The position numbers and the translations under genes were made by a program. This document shows positions 25,444 to 36,200 of a stretch of 64,000 nt of DNA, in pieces. The stretch lies in the IMG/VR virus record IMGVR_UViG_3300036855_000054, positions 1-64,000 of that record. The stretch is one strand, 5' to 3'. This stretch comes from a virus (taxonomy: Duplodnaviria; Caudoviricetes). How positions within the stretch are numbered: position 1 is the stretch's first letter; every line of letters starts with the position of its first letter. The notes beneath the pieces were generated by a model. It made no database searches, had not been told where the DNA came from, and saw only the letters and a program-made list of their open reading frames with translations.

Positions 25444-27567
25444 TCAGGTGAGTCCTACGGCGCCGGTGGCGACCCGCTGCACACCGATGACGCCGGTGGC
25501 CACGGTCTGCAGGCCGATGGTGGCGGTGGCGACCCGTAGGACGGTGAGCGTCCCGGTGATGGGCCAGGTGACGGCGCCGGCCCCGCTGGTGGGTATCAGT
25601 GCCGCCGCGGCGGCGAGGACCACCGCAGCGACGGCGGTGACCCCGGGTGTGCCGCCGAGCGCAGCGGCAGCGGCGAACGTGGCCGCTGCGGGTTCGGTGG
25701 CGTCACCGGTGACTCCGAGCGCGCCGCTGGCGGTGAGCGGGACCGCTCCGGTACTCACCCTGATGCCGGCCGAGGCCAGTGCCGCGACGGCGATCAGGGC
25801 GGCGGCCCCGGCGGCGCCCGTCCCCGTGTCGGAGACGTTCAGCGCGCCGGCCGCCGCGAGAGCAGCCCCGGCGAAGGTCTCGCCGGATCCGCCTGCGGCG
25901 AGCGTGGCGATGGCGTCGAGCACGCCGGCCGCCGGTGCGGTGACACCCGCTGCGGTGGTGATCGCTGCGGTGGCCACCAGGGTGGCGGCCCCGGCGGCGC
26001 CCGCGACCGCGGTGGCGCCGAGAGTCGCGGTCGCGGTCAGTGTGGCGTCGCCGGAGACGGTGCCCTGGGTGTCGACGGTGAGCGTGCCGGTCGCGTCGAG
26101 CGGCGCGCCCCCGGTTGCGGTGCCCGTCCCGGTGGCGCTGAGGGCCGCGGCGGCAGCCAGGTTGGCCGCCGCCGCCGCGCCGCCGGTCGCGCCTGTAGTG
26201 AGGACTGCGGTGACAGCGAGGGCGGCCGAGGCGGTGGCCGTCCCGACCGCTCCGGCGGACAGGCCGGCTGCGGCGCCGAGTGTGGCCCCCCCGATGGCGG
26301 TGCCTGCACCTGCCGCAGTGAGCGTCGCGGCGCCCGGCAGGGTTACTGCCCCCGGGGCGGTCGCGGTGCCATCGACGGTGAGGGCAGCCGCAGCGGCGAG
26401 CGCGGTGGCGCCGCCGGTGACGACCGGATCCGGGCTGACACTGAGGGTGGCCCCTGCGGTCAGGGTAACGCCGCCACTGGTGGTGACGTCGACGCCGGCA
26501 GCCAGGGTGGCCGACCCGGCGAGGGTCGCGGTGAGCGACTCTGTGACACCCGCAGTGGCGGTGAGCGTCGCGGCACCCGCGAGGGCTGCGCCTGCCGGTT
26601 CGGTGACGCTCGGACCCGGGGCGAGGGCGGCCCCTGCGGTGAGGGTGACGGCCCCAGTGGCCTGCCCCACCCCGCTGGCCGTGAGGGACGCCGCGCCGGT
26701 GAGTGCCACCGCACCGGTGGTTTGCCCAGTCCCGGTCGCGGTGAGCGTCGCGGTCGCGGTGAGCGTCGCCGCGCCGGTGGTGGTGTCCAGTGCGCCCACG
26801 GTGAGCGCGGCCCCACCGGACAGCACGGCGGCACCCGCACTGGTCACCCCGGGGCTGGGTGTCAGTACCGCATGGGCCGCGAGCGGCGCCGCGCCGGTCT
26901 CGGTGTCCAGGGCGCCCGCGGTCACTGCCGCGTGCGCAGCGAGCGTTGCCCCCGCGGCTGAAGTGTTCGCACCTGCGGTGGCGAGCGTTGCAGCGGCGGT
27001 GAGGGTCGCCGCACCGGCCGCCGTGGTGCTCTGCGTGGACGCCGAGTTGTACTGCGTCCCGTCCCACGCCCACCCGGAGGTGTCCCCGTCGGCGTAGCCA
27101 CCGACTGTGGTGGTGGCTTCGATCAGGACCGCGGTGACGTCCAGGGTGGTGCCGGATGCCAGGGTGGCGGCGTAGACCTCCACGCCCATCGTGGCGTCGC
27201 CGGTGACAGCAGCCGTGCCGGGCACGCTGATCGTGTAGACCTGCGCGGCTGTGGTCGGGTTGGTGGTCTGCACCGTTGAGCTGTGCGTGAACCCGCCACC
27301 GGAGTTGAAGAAGTCGAGCGTGACCTCGATGTGGCTGGCAGTGGAGGTGGCGAACTGCACGATCGCCGAGTAGGTGGTGCCCACCGCGCACGCCACCAGC
27401 GGGCTGATGGTGTCGGTGTCGGTGGCCGCGCCGGTCTGCCGGATCGTCTGCGGGCGGGCGAACCCGCCGACGGTGGTGCGGGTCAGGGTCCGCCCGGAGT
27501 AGGCGGAGATCCAGCCCGTGTTGTTGGCCCCGGCGGCGGGGTTGGTGCAGTAGTTGTGCCTGGCCAA
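25444..27567 (-). CDS. Virion fibre-like protein: N-terminal CBM-like domain plus about 21-aa Ala/Thr/Gly repeats
   Basis: NYCTNP...W...YADGD..GWAWDG; repeated GAAxLxAxAxLT. Confidence 0.75.
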   Translation of the reverse strand: MARHNYCTNPAAGANNTGWISAYSGRTLTRTTVGGFARPQTIRQTGAATDTDTISPLVACAVGTTYSAIVQFATSTASHIEVTLDFFNSGGGFTHSSTVQTTNPTTAAQVYTISVPGTAAVTGDATMGVEVYAATLASGTTLDVTAVLIEATTTVGGYADGDTSGWAWDGTQYNSASTQSTTAAGAATLTAAATLATAGANTSAAGATLAAHAAVTAGALDTETGAAPLAAHAVLTPSPGVTSAGAAVLSGGAALTVGALDTTTGAATLTATATLTATGTGQTTGAVALTGAASLTASGVGQATGAVTLTAGAALAPGPSVTEPAGAALAGAATLTATAGVTESLTATLAGSATLAAGVDVTTSGGVTLTAGATLSVSPDPVVTGGATALAAAAALTVDGTATAPGAVTLPGAATLTAAGAGTAIGGATLGAAAGLSAGAVGTATASAALAVTAVLTTGATGGAAAAANLAAAAALSATGTGTATGGAPLDATGTLTVDTQGTVSGDATLTATATLGATAVAGAAGAATLVATAAITTAAGVTAPAAGVLDAIATLAAGGSGETFAGAALAAAGALNVSDTGTGAAGAAALIAVAALASAGIRVSTGAVPLTASGALGVTGDATEPAAATFAAAAALGGTPGVTAVAAVVLAAAAALIPTSGAGAVTWPITGTLTVLRVATATIGLQTVATGVIGVQRVATGAVGLT

Positions 27568-27611
27568 TGCCCTACCCCCCGCTACCGGGCGCCGCTCGGG
27601 TCAGGCCGAAA

Positions 27612-27995
27612 CTAGGAGAGCGCCGCCGAAATTGCGGCGATGGCGAAGCTCAGCGTGTCGCCGGAGTTCAGTGTCTTCGGGGTGGTCAGAGCCCCGAACC
27701 ACGCCCGCCTCGGAGTGCCCGCGGAGTCGTAGATTTCGACGCTGTTCGCGGTCAGCGCGGGGGAGTTGGTGAAGCTGATGGCCCCGGAGTTGCTGGCCGC
27801 TGCGGACGACGCGGAACCGAACGCGATGGTCTGCCGCGCGTAGGAGCCGCCCGTGAACTCCGTGCCGGCCGCGGTGGTGGTGCCCGTGGTGGACATGACC
27901 GCGAGCTTCATCGGCGTGGTCGGTGCGGTGTAGGACGCGGTCCCGAGGGATGCGTCGAGGAGCCGGTTCGATTCGGCTTGCGCAAGAGCGGCCAT
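27612..27995 (-). CDS. Small tail/fibre structural protein
   Basis: TEFTGGSYARQTI...IYDSA...GALTTPKTLNSGDTLSF. Confidence 0.75.
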   Translation of the reverse strand: MAALAQAESNRLLDASLGTASYTAPTTPMKLAVMSTTGTTTAAGTEFTGGSYARQTIAFGSASSAAASNSGAISFTNSPALTANSVEIYDSAGTPRRAWFGALTTPKTLNSGDTLSFAIAAISAALS

Positions 27996-27997
27996 CG

Positions 27998-28213
27998 TCA
28001 CGCCTCCTTGGCGTCTTGGGTTTCGAGGATCGTCCGGAACTCGTCGCCGCGGGCCGTGCCCTTGTTCCGGGTCTGGTGTTGGCATCCGGGGCAGCCGGCG
28101 CGGGCGTGGCAGTCCATGTGCCAGTCCACCCACGTGCCGTCGGGGAGGAGCACCGCGTCCTTCGGGTGGTCATCGGTCGCGCCGCAGCCGATGCAGGTGG
28201 TCATGGTGGTCAA
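27998..28213 (-). CDS. Small Cys/His protein
   Basis: CIGCG.TDDHPK...HMDCH...CPGC. Confidence 0.6.
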   Translation of the reverse strand: MTTMTTCIGCGATDDHPKDAVLLPDGTWVDWHMDCHARAGCPGCQHQTRNKGTARGDEFRTILETQDAKEA

Positions 28214-28226
28214 CGCGGGCTCCTAG

Positions 28227-28625
28227 TCAGGTGTAGATGCTGGATCGGTTGAGCTGCAGGTGCGCCTGCCACGACTCGGAGCGGACCCCCGGGGACGGCT
28301 CAGCGAGGTTGACCCACAGTTCGGCCGTCACCCACGTCCACGCGTTCGAGGCGGAGGGGTCGACGTGTAGGTAGACCCACTTCTCGCCGGGCTGCACGGT
28401 GGGGTCGATCAGCGGGTCGGCGTCCACGACCTCCGCGAGGTACTCCCCGGCGCCGGGGTCGTCGCGCCATGTCGCGACCAGGGGGCCGCGGACGCTGCCC
28501 TGCCGGGCCATCGCGGTGATCGTCCAGCCGGTGGGGTTGAGCACCTGCTTGTGGGCGTCGCGGAGGTTGGTGACGGTGATGTAGCGCTGTGTGCCCTGGT
28601 CGATGGGCAGTGTTGGGCCCGACAC
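28227..28625 (-). CDS. BppU-like tail protein
   Basis: LPIDQGT...TGWTITAMAR; position among tail genes. Confidence 0.55.
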   Translation of the reverse strand: MSGPTLPIDQGTQRYITVTNLRDAHKQVLNPTGWTITAMARQGSVRGPLVATWRDDPGAGEYLAEVVDADPLIDPTVQPGEKWVYLHVDPSASNAWTWVTAELWVNLAEPSPGVRSESWQAHLQLNRSSIYT

Positions 28626-28637
28626 CGTGGCCTCCTC

Positions 28638-29312
28638 TCAGCAGCAGGCGAGGAGGCGTGCGCGGATGTCGTCGTGTAGCTGCTGGTGCCCGGCGATGGT
28701 CAGGTGCACCTGGTCCGGACCCCAGTAGTAGGACCAGGGGTGCCCGTCCGGGGCGCTGGCGCTGTCGTCGATGTAGCCCAGGTAGTTGCGGATCGCGGCG
28801 TCCCGCGCGGCATTGGCGTAGGTGGCCCACGTGGAGGTGGCCGGGGTGCATGGCCACACGTCGCAGGCTGTGGAGGACTGGCCGATGCCGAACGGGTAGT
28901 AGTGCCAGAGGATCACCCGGGCGTTGGGCAGCTGGCTGCGGATCTGCCACACCAGGTAGGTCACGTCGGTTTCGTAGTCGGCGGGGGAGCGTTCCCCGTA
29001 CCAGTCGTTTCCGCCGAGCGCGATGATGACGGTGGTGGCCTGCCAGGTGGTGAGCTGGTCCAGGTCGCCCTGATACAGGGTCAACCAGGTGCGGACGGTG
29101 GCCCCGTTGTGCGCCAGGGGCAGCACGCTGCTACCGGGGTCGGCCGCGAGCAGCGCCGCGTACCCGTCGCCGGGGGGCACGTTGTAGCCGGTGGTGATCG
29201 AGTCCCCGATGATGGCCAGTTTTGTGACGTCGGTGGAGTTCGCCGACGCCGGGACCGCGAGCACACCGAGCAGCGCCAGGACCGCCCCGGCGAGCGTGAG
29301 CAGGCGGATCAT
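28638..29312 (-). CDS. Secreted SGNH/GDSL hydrolase
   Basis: Signal peptide; GDSIT, NGAT, GGND, DQVH. Confidence 0.88.
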   Translation of the reverse strand: MIRLLTLAGAVLALLGVLAVPASANSTDVTKLAIIGDSITTGYNVPPGDGYAALLAADPGSSVLPLAHNGATVRTWLTLYQGDLDQLTTWQATTVIIALGGNDWYGERSPADYETDVTYLVWQIRSQLPNARVILWHYYPFGIGQSSTACDVWPCTPATSTWATYANAARDAAIRNYLGYIDDSASAPDGHPWSYYWGPDQVHLTIAGHQQLHDDIRARLLACC

Positions 29313-29800
29313 TCCGTGGCCTCCGTGGGGTGCGTCGACGGCGCTGGTTCGGGCTGGAGGACCACGTGCTGCCAGTCGATGGCCCCGGCGCACGCCCCCG
29401 ACACGGGATCGCGGTGGGGCCAGGTGGGTTCCTCGACGACCCGCCACCGGGTGTTGTCAGAGAACTGGACGAGCTGCCCCGGGTACAGCGGCGCGGGCAG
29501 TGAGGATTCGGCGAGCAGGCCGCCGTCCCGGTCGTGGGCCTTGATCCGGGCGTTGGGCATGGGGGTGACGATCTGCAGGTTCCGGTCCAGGCTTATCGCG
29601 GCGTGCGGCTCGGAGTGCACCGTGAGCTCGGCGCTGGACCCGTCGTCGGCCACCGACACGTCGACCAGGGTGTGCCGCCATCCGGTGGACGGTTCGGCCA
29701 GCCCGGGGAGCCGGATGTGCTTGCCCAGCAGTTCCCGGAACGAGGTGGGCTGGAAACCGCCGACGTCGGGGTGCGCGGTGACACGGGCAACGAACGGCAC
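29309..29800 (-). CDS. Hypothetical protein
   Basis: Coupled to the SGNH gene. Confidence 0.55.
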   Translation of the reverse strand: MPFVARVTAHPDVGGFQPTSFRELLGKHIRLPGLAEPSTGWRHTLVDVSVADDGSSAELTVHSEPHAAISLDRNLQIVTPMPNARIKAHDRDGGLLAESSLPAPLYPGQLVQFSDNTRWRVVEEPTWPHRDPVSGACAGAIDWQHVVLQPEPAPSTHPTEATE

Positions 29801-29847
29801 GGGGCGGCCTCCAAGGCAGGGGTTTAAGCGGGGGAAGCCGCGCGGGC

Positions 29848-30396
29848 TCAGTCGCCGAGACGGATGGCGGCCATGTAGGTGCCGCTGAAGGTCACCGTGG
29901 TGGCCAGCAGGCCGCCACTGTCCTGGTAGACGCTCATGTAGATGGTGGCGCCCACAGACAGGGACCAGGGCGGGCTGATGGCGGTGAGCGCCACCCCGTC
30001 ACCGGTGGTCATACCCGGATGGTTGTGGGCGGCGACTGAGTTTCCGACAGCGGTGCCATTGAGTAACAGATGCACGGCCCGGGAACCGGTGTTGTTCGAC
30101 GCGAAATGGACTTGCCCGTAAATGATGTAAATACCGGCCGTGTTGACCGTGAAGTTGCTGTTCGACGCCACCCACATGTTGTCGTTGTTCGTCAAGGCGG
30201 CGTCGAACGTGATGATGGTGTCGGCGGCGCTGTTCACGTTGTGGGAGGCGTTGGTGTACGCCGCCGCGGTGGGCACGTAAGCCCGTGGTGCGACGGCCCC
30301 GGTGAGCAGGCTGTTGATGTTGTTGATGCCCGTGGACAGGGCGTTCAGCGATGCCTGATGAACCACCACCCCGTCGGTGAATGTGGGCATCGTCAT
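29848..30396 (-). CDS. Minor tail protein with a C1q-like C-terminus
   Basis: IITFD...DNMW...FTVNTAGIYII.GQV.F. Confidence 0.72.
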   Translation of the reverse strand: MTMPTFTDGVVVHQASLNALSTGINNINSLLTGAVAPRAYVPTAAAYTNASHNVNSAADTIITFDAALTNNDNMWVASNSNFTVNTAGIYIIYGQVHFASNNTGSRAVHLLLNGTAVGNSVAAHNHPGMTTGDGVALTAISPPWSLSVGATIYMSVYQDSGGLLATTVTFSGTYMAAIRLGD

Positions 30397-30447
30397 CGGC
30401 GCTGACCTCCCCCGCTAGTCAGTGGTTGAAGTGGGATGATCGGCGGC

Positions 30448-30765
30448 ATGGAACCGGACCGCGGCCTGGTGATGATGTTCGATCCTCGCGCCCTGGCGGG
30501 CATTAAGCGGGTCACCTTCTCCAGCACCCCGGATCTGACCCCGTACCCGTCAGGTCAGGACCCGCAGCCAGGTGACTGGCCACGATTCGGCCCGGAGGCT
30601 CAGGTCGAACGGGACACTCCCAGCGTGTCGTCGGAGCCGGCGGCGGTGGAGTGTCAGATGGCGGCGTGGCTGTGGGCGGGGGGCGAGCCGGTGATGTGGT
30701 GGATTCGGCGGCTGCGCCTCGGCGAACGGCTCACCATCGAGTTTCACGACGTAGCCGGTCAGTAG
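30448..30765 (+). CDS. Hypothetical antisense moron
   Basis: GATGAT -10 hexamer 7 nt before ATG. Confidence 0.45.
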   Translation: MEPDRGLVMMFDPRALAGIKRVTFSSTPDLTPYPSGQDPQPGDWPRFGPEAQVERDTPSVSSEPAAVECQMAAWLWAGGEPVMWWIRRLRLGERLTIEFHDVAGQ

Positions 30766-33251
30766 ATCGGCGTGGTGGTCGAACCCAGCACCCCGTAGGT
30801 GGCGTCACCGAGGACCCACGCGGACGGCACGAACACGGGGCTGGCCTGCAACTCCACGGTCCAGCCGCCGGACTGGGCGTCGATGCGGTGGGAGACCTTC
30901 TCGACGTAGTAGTCGGCGCTCGTGGTGATCGCGGTGCGGCGCTTCACCGTGACCCGCTGGGAAATCTCCAAACCGAGCACCGTGGGCCACATGGCCGGGT
31001 AGGCGGCCGGGTGCAGGCCCAGCTTGGAGATCCTGGTTTTCGGGGTGCCGTAGCGCTGCAGGTAGAAGATCCCGGCCTGGGTGAGGTCGGCGTCGTTGGT
31101 GACCTTCACGTCCTGCTGCAGGACCCGCGCCCCGTACTTCGCGGCGGTGGTCGTGTTGATCATCGGCAGGAAGTTGGCGTTCCCCGGCCGGGTCAGGTTG
31201 GCCTGGGAGAACGTGTAGGTGGGGTCATGGTCGGTGCCGTAATCCTCGTACGGCACCTCACCGCCCGCGGTGTTCTCCCCGAACGTGGCCGTCGCGGTCT
31301 GGGTGGCATACCTTGAGGACCGGTCCTCGAACACCACGACCCCGGTCCGGCTGACATAGACCAGACCTCTTTCGGTGTCCTGGATCTCCTGCAGCACATC
31401 CAGCACGAACCGGGTGTTGTAGTCGAAGTCCTCGCTGAGGTTGATGAACCCGGCCGCGACCGAGGTGGCCCCGCCCCAGTACTGGGCGAGCAGCCGGGTC
31501 ACCCGGGCACCGGACTGCTCCCCGATGTAGCCCACGCCGCGCTGGTAGCGGGCCTGTCTTCGGGTGGCGCCGATATTGGTGGAGTACACCGCCATGCGGG
31601 CGATGGACACCTGGGATTGGGTGTCCCCGAAATCCGTGGTGGCCTCGTGGTGCAGGTTGGTGTACCCGTAGTACCGCACCCCGCTGGGACCGGCGACGGT
31701 GATCTCGTGGGTGTCGTAGGTGAACGCCAGCGCGGGCGCCCCCGCGTTGTTCCACATGGTGATGGCGTAGTAATGCCACTGCCCGTCGGGGTACCCGTCG
31801 TGAATGTCGCTGGTCAGGCTGAGGAACGCGGTGAACCCGGCCACCGCGTCATGGAACTGGAACCCCAGCCGCCCGCCGCCGGTGTACATCTCCAGGTGGT
31901 GCTGCGTGCTGCTGGCCCCGTAGCCCAGCTCAGTCGTGAAGCCACCCGTGGTGGTCTGCAGCAGTTGCATGAACAGGGCCACGCCGGAGGAGAACTTGGC
32001 CCAGCATTCAACGGTGCTGCCGGTGTTGAGTAGGGACCCGTTGGAGGCCATGGTGTCGAAAGCGGTCTGCTGCTCGATCGGGTAGGTCAGCGAGTTGTGG
32101 CCACGGACGGGCGGGTTCTGGGAGTTGTTCTGCTGCAACACCAGGGCCGGGCTGCCGTCGGGCTGCTGGTCCCCACCCCACTGCACCTGACCGGTGGCGG
32201 ACTGGAACCCGATGGGGTTGAAAATCGCGCGGGTGCCGACGGCGAACGTGCCCGAGTTGGGGGCTTTCTGCTGCTCGAACGGCAAATAGGCCCCGGGGTT
32301 GTCGGCGAGGGCAACCGCCTGGTAGCTCTGGGCGATCTCAGTGATCGCCAGCAACGCGATCGCGTCGACCGCCTGCAGTGGGCGCAGCGCACGGGTTCCG
32401 GCCATGTCGTAGGTGGTGGGCCAGCGCTCCACGTAGCCCGTGAACACCAGGGACCATGTCGGCCCGGTGGTGCCGAAGGTCTGCGCGGTGGGCCCGAAGT
32501 GCAGGGCGGTGGCGTCCACGTAGAAGGTGGGTGTGCTGGTGCCGGTCCCGAAGATCGCGACGGTTTCGAGGGTGTCCACACAGTCCCAGGTCACCGACAG
32601 GCGGGTCCAGGTGGTCTGCACGCTCGTGCTGGCCGTGTGCACTCCACCCAGCGCATCGGTGACCTGCACAGTCACCGAACAGCCGCCCGTGGCGTACACG
32701 TAGCAGGAGAACGTGTAGGTGATCGCGGGGGCGGTGCGGAAAATGTTGGTGACACCGAACCCGGCGCCGGCTGCGGACTGTGTGACGAGCAGACTCTTCG
32801 ACCCGTCGAAGTGCTGCGCCGTGGAGGTGGCCGCGGTGGTGGTGCCCCCGGCGACCGTCCAGTTCCCGGTGCCGGATTCGAACGACGGATCGTACGAGCC
32901 GTTCACCGTGGTGCTGATGATGTTCCCCGAGGTGGGCAGCACGGGCCATATGGCCCACACCCAGATACACCGGTACGGGGTGACGATGTTGCTACCCGTG
33001 TTGAACGGGCTGGCCCCGTTGTCCGGGTGCAGCAGCTCGAGCGGGTCGATGACCTGCAGGGTGCACTGCCCGGCGGTGGCCTGGTCCAGCTCGTACTGAC
33101 GGCCCCGGTCGGTCGAAATGGACTGCACCTGCAGTTTGCGGTACGGGGCGTTGATGGAGCGCCGGTTGCTGCCGGGCGTGTTGGGTGGCCCTTGGGTGAA
33201 GTCGATCTCGATGCCGACGAGGGGGTGCGCCGGGTTCGGCAGCGTCGTCAC
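30759..33251 (-). CDS. Minor tail/baseplate protein with CBM and LamG-like inserts
   Basis: Follows the tape measure; RGRQYELD, PSFESG, TVECW, DGQWHYYAIT, WVLGD.TYGVLG. Confidence 0.85.
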   Translation of the reverse strand: MTTLPNPAHPLVGIEIDFTQGPPNTPGSNRRSINAPYRKLQVQSISTDRGRQYELDQATAGQCTLQVIDPLELLHPDNGASPFNTGSNIVTPYRCIWVWAIWPVLPTSGNIISTTVNGSYDPSFESGTGNWTVAGGTTTAATSTAQHFDGSKSLLVTQSAAGAGFGVTNIFRTAPAITYTFSCYVYATGGCSVTVQVTDALGGVHTASTSVQTTWTRLSVTWDCVDTLETVAIFGTGTSTPTFYVDATALHFGPTAQTFGTTGPTWSLVFTGYVERWPTTYDMAGTRALRPLQAVDAIALLAITEIAQSYQAVALADNPGAYLPFEQQKAPNSGTFAVGTRAIFNPIGFQSATGQVQWGGDQQPDGSPALVLQQNNSQNPPVRGHNSLTYPIEQQTAFDTMASNGSLLNTGSTVECWAKFSSGVALFMQLLQTTTGGFTTELGYGASSTQHHLEMYTGGGRLGFQFHDAVAGFTAFLSLTSDIHDGYPDGQWHYYAITMWNNAGAPALAFTYDTHEITVAGPSGVRYYGYTNLHHEATTDFGDTQSQVSIARMAVYSTNIGATRRQARYQRGVGYIGEQSGARVTRLLAQYWGGATSVAAGFINLSEDFDYNTRFVLDVLQEIQDTERGLVYVSRTGVVVFEDRSSRYATQTATATFGENTAGGEVPYEDYGTDHDPTYTFSQANLTRPGNANFLPMINTTTAAKYGARVLQQDVKVTNDADLTQAGIFYLQRYGTPKTRISKLGLHPAAYPAMWPTVLGLEISQRVTVKRRTAITTSADYYVEKVSHRIDAQSGGWTVELQASPVFVPSAWVLGDATYGVLGSTTTPIY

Positions 33252-33266
33252 CGGCTCACCCCCCGG

Positions 33267-36200
33267 TCAGGCGAAGCTGTAGGCGATGCCCGCGTTGCCG
33301 TTGCGGATGTCGTGGCGCAGCAGCTGGGTTTGCAGCTCCTTCACCAGGTCCTGGGTGGTCCACACGTTGCCCTGCACCACCACCTGCAGGGTGCCGCCCT
33401 GACCGCCGGAGGTGGTGATCGTCGACCCGGCCAGCGCGGAACCGGTGATGGACCCGGTGAACCCGGACGCCCCGGTGAGGGCGCCGCTGACCCGGCTGGC
33501 CATGCTCGCCGCTGCCGCCACGGCCTGGTGAGCGTAGGAGTCGATGCCCTGCGCCAGGCCCTGCGCCAGGAACATGCCAGCTTGTGCGGCCACGGTGGAC
33601 GGGGAGTGGATGCCGAGGGCACCCTTGATGCCGTTCATCACGGAATTCGCCCAGCTGACGGCCTGGTTGTAGACCCACCCGGCCAGTTGCTGCACACCGT
33701 TCCAGAACCCGACGATCAGGTTGTATCCGGCGCTCTTCAGCCATTCCCCGGCCCCGGCGAACATGCCGATGATGGTGCGCGGCAGGCCGCCGACGAAGCC
33801 GAGGAACCCGTTCCACAGGCTGACCACGCCGTTCCACAAGCCCCGGACAATGTCGCCGCCGATACCGGCCATCACCGTCGAGGGGGAGGCGATGCCGAGG
33901 CCCTGTTTGAAGCCGCGGATGAACCCGCCGATGAAGTCGGCGATGCCGTGGTAGATGGTGCCGATAAACCCGGTGAACCCGTTCCACAGCCCGGACAGAA
34001 TGTCCGACCCGGCCTGGTACAGCCACGACGGGGCGGCAGCAAAGAACCTCCCGATCTCTCCCGGTAATGCGACGAAGAACGCGATAGTGGCGTTGAAACC
34101 GGCGACGATGCCGTGCCACAGGCCGGTGAGCAGGTCCTGACCGGCGTGCAGCAGCCACGTGCCGGCGTTGACGGTGAACTGCAGGAACCGGCCGTGCAGC
34201 GCCGCGAACCACGACATGGTGGCCTGGAATCCGGTGACGATGCCGTGCAGGAAGCCGTCGAGCATGCGGCGGCCGTCGGTGAGCAGCCAGACGTCGATGC
34301 CGACGAAGAACCGCTCGATCATTCCCGGCAGGTTGTGGAACCAGGTGGTGACTGCCGTGTATCCGGAGGTCACCCCGTCTATCAGGCCCCGGATGGCCCT
34401 GACACCGAAGTCGTACAGCGCCCGGGTCAGCTCCCCCAGCCCGCGGCCCAGGGCTTCGCCGAGTTGTGCCGGTGACATGGAGAACAGCGCTTTGGCCGCG
34501 TCGAACGCCACCCGGAACGGGGTGACGATCGCGTTCCCGATGCTGGAGAAGAAGTGCCTGACGTCGTCGACGGCTCGGCGTGCCCATTCGCCGATGGACA
34601 GAAAAAAGTGTTCGAACGCGCTGACGGACTTGCCGATGGCGGCCTGCGGGTTCGTGAAGCCGCCCACAAGGTCGTCCCAGGCGGTTTTCACGGCCCGCAC
34701 CCCGGCGTCGAACGCGCCCTTGACGTCGTCCCACAGGCCGGTGAAGAAACTTTTCACCGCACCCCAGTGGGTGATCAGCTCGTAGGCGGCGAACGCGAGC
34801 AGCGCGATCCCGGCGACCACGGCGGCGACGATCGCGATGAACGGGGCGAGTGCGATGTCCAGGACGGTAGCGGCGGTGGCGGCGGCGAACATGGACGCGG
34901 CCCAGCCCCAGAACGCGACGGTGAGCGCCACCATGGCGGCGACCACCACGGAGCCGATGACGGTGGCCAGGATGGTCGCGGCGGTTTTGTGCTGCGCGAG
35001 CCACTGCGCGGCTGTGGCCAGCGCCCCGATCAGCGGGGTCACCACCGGCAGCAGTTTCTCCCCAATGCTGGTGGCCAGCGCCCCGAGCCCGTCCTTGGCC
35101 TCGGTGAGTTTCGTGTTGAACTGGGCCTGGATTTCCGCCCAGCCCTTGACGTGGCCGCCGGCTTCGGCGGTGGCGCCCGACACCACGTTGATCGCGTTGC
35201 TGGTGGTCTGGGTGTTCTCCCCGGTGAGCATCAGCGCGGTGTTCAACCCGGTGGCGTCACCCATCGCGGCCCGCAGCGCCCCCGTGTAGGACTGCATGAC
35301 GTGCGCGCCGTCCATTTGAGTGGTGCCGATGACGTGAGTGGACCCGGCGAGCGCGGCGAACGAGGTGACTTGCTTGTCGCTGATCACGTTCATGCCTTTG
35401 GCGGCAGCCGTGAAGTCTTTCATCGACATGCTGCCGTCGAGGACCTTCGCGCCCAGGTCCTGCACAGACTTGGGCAGTCCCTTAAGTGCGTTGTTCAGAT
35501 TCAGCACCACCTGGGTGGCGCTGGACCCCATGTTGTTCTGGATCGCGTGCGCGACTTCCTGGATGGTCCCGGACAGGCCCTTCGTGCCCAGGTCCGTGGA
35601 CAGTTGCTGGGAGTTGATCCCCAGGATCGCGAGTTCTTTGGACTGCGCCTGGGTGGGCGCCGCCATGTGCCGGATGGTGTCGGACAGGTTCTGTGTGACC
35701 TGCTGCGCGCTCATGCCGTGCACCGTCATGCTGGCGAGGTCGCCGAGGATGTCGTTGAGGCTGACGTGGTTCGCGGAGGCCACCGGCAGTACCGCCGACA
35801 TGGACGCCGCCAGCTGCTCGAACGTGGTTTTGCCTTGCGAGGTGGCGGCCACCAGTTTCGAGGTGACGTCCGCCGAGTCGGACGCCTTCAGGTGGTAGTC
35901 CTGCAGCACCGAGGTCACCGCGTCGGCCACCGTCACCAGGTCCGCGTTCTCGGTTTTGGCGCCTTCCGCGGCGGCCTGCAGCACCTTCAACCCGGCGGCG
36001 CCGTGCTGACCTCCGGACTCCACCGTGTACATGGCCTGCGCGAGTTCGGTGGTGGAATACCCGACGGCCCCGGCCATCGACAGGATGCCGTCGCGGACCA
36101 TCCCGATCTGCTGCTGGGATTCCCCTGCGGACGTGACCAGCCGCTCGGTGGCCATGTTGAAATCCCCGGCCATCTTCACGGTCTCCACCGCGGCGCCGAT

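Noticed and set aside
25193-27097. 634-aa plus-strand ORF and other long antisense ORFs (e.g. 34554-36884, 41749-43641, 49074-50867)
   Set aside because: Shadow ORFs of high-GC genes on the opposite strand, with no motifs
29848-33251. Diversity-generating retroelement target in the tail genes
   Set aside because: No reverse transcriptase and no TR/VR repeat pair was seen in the window
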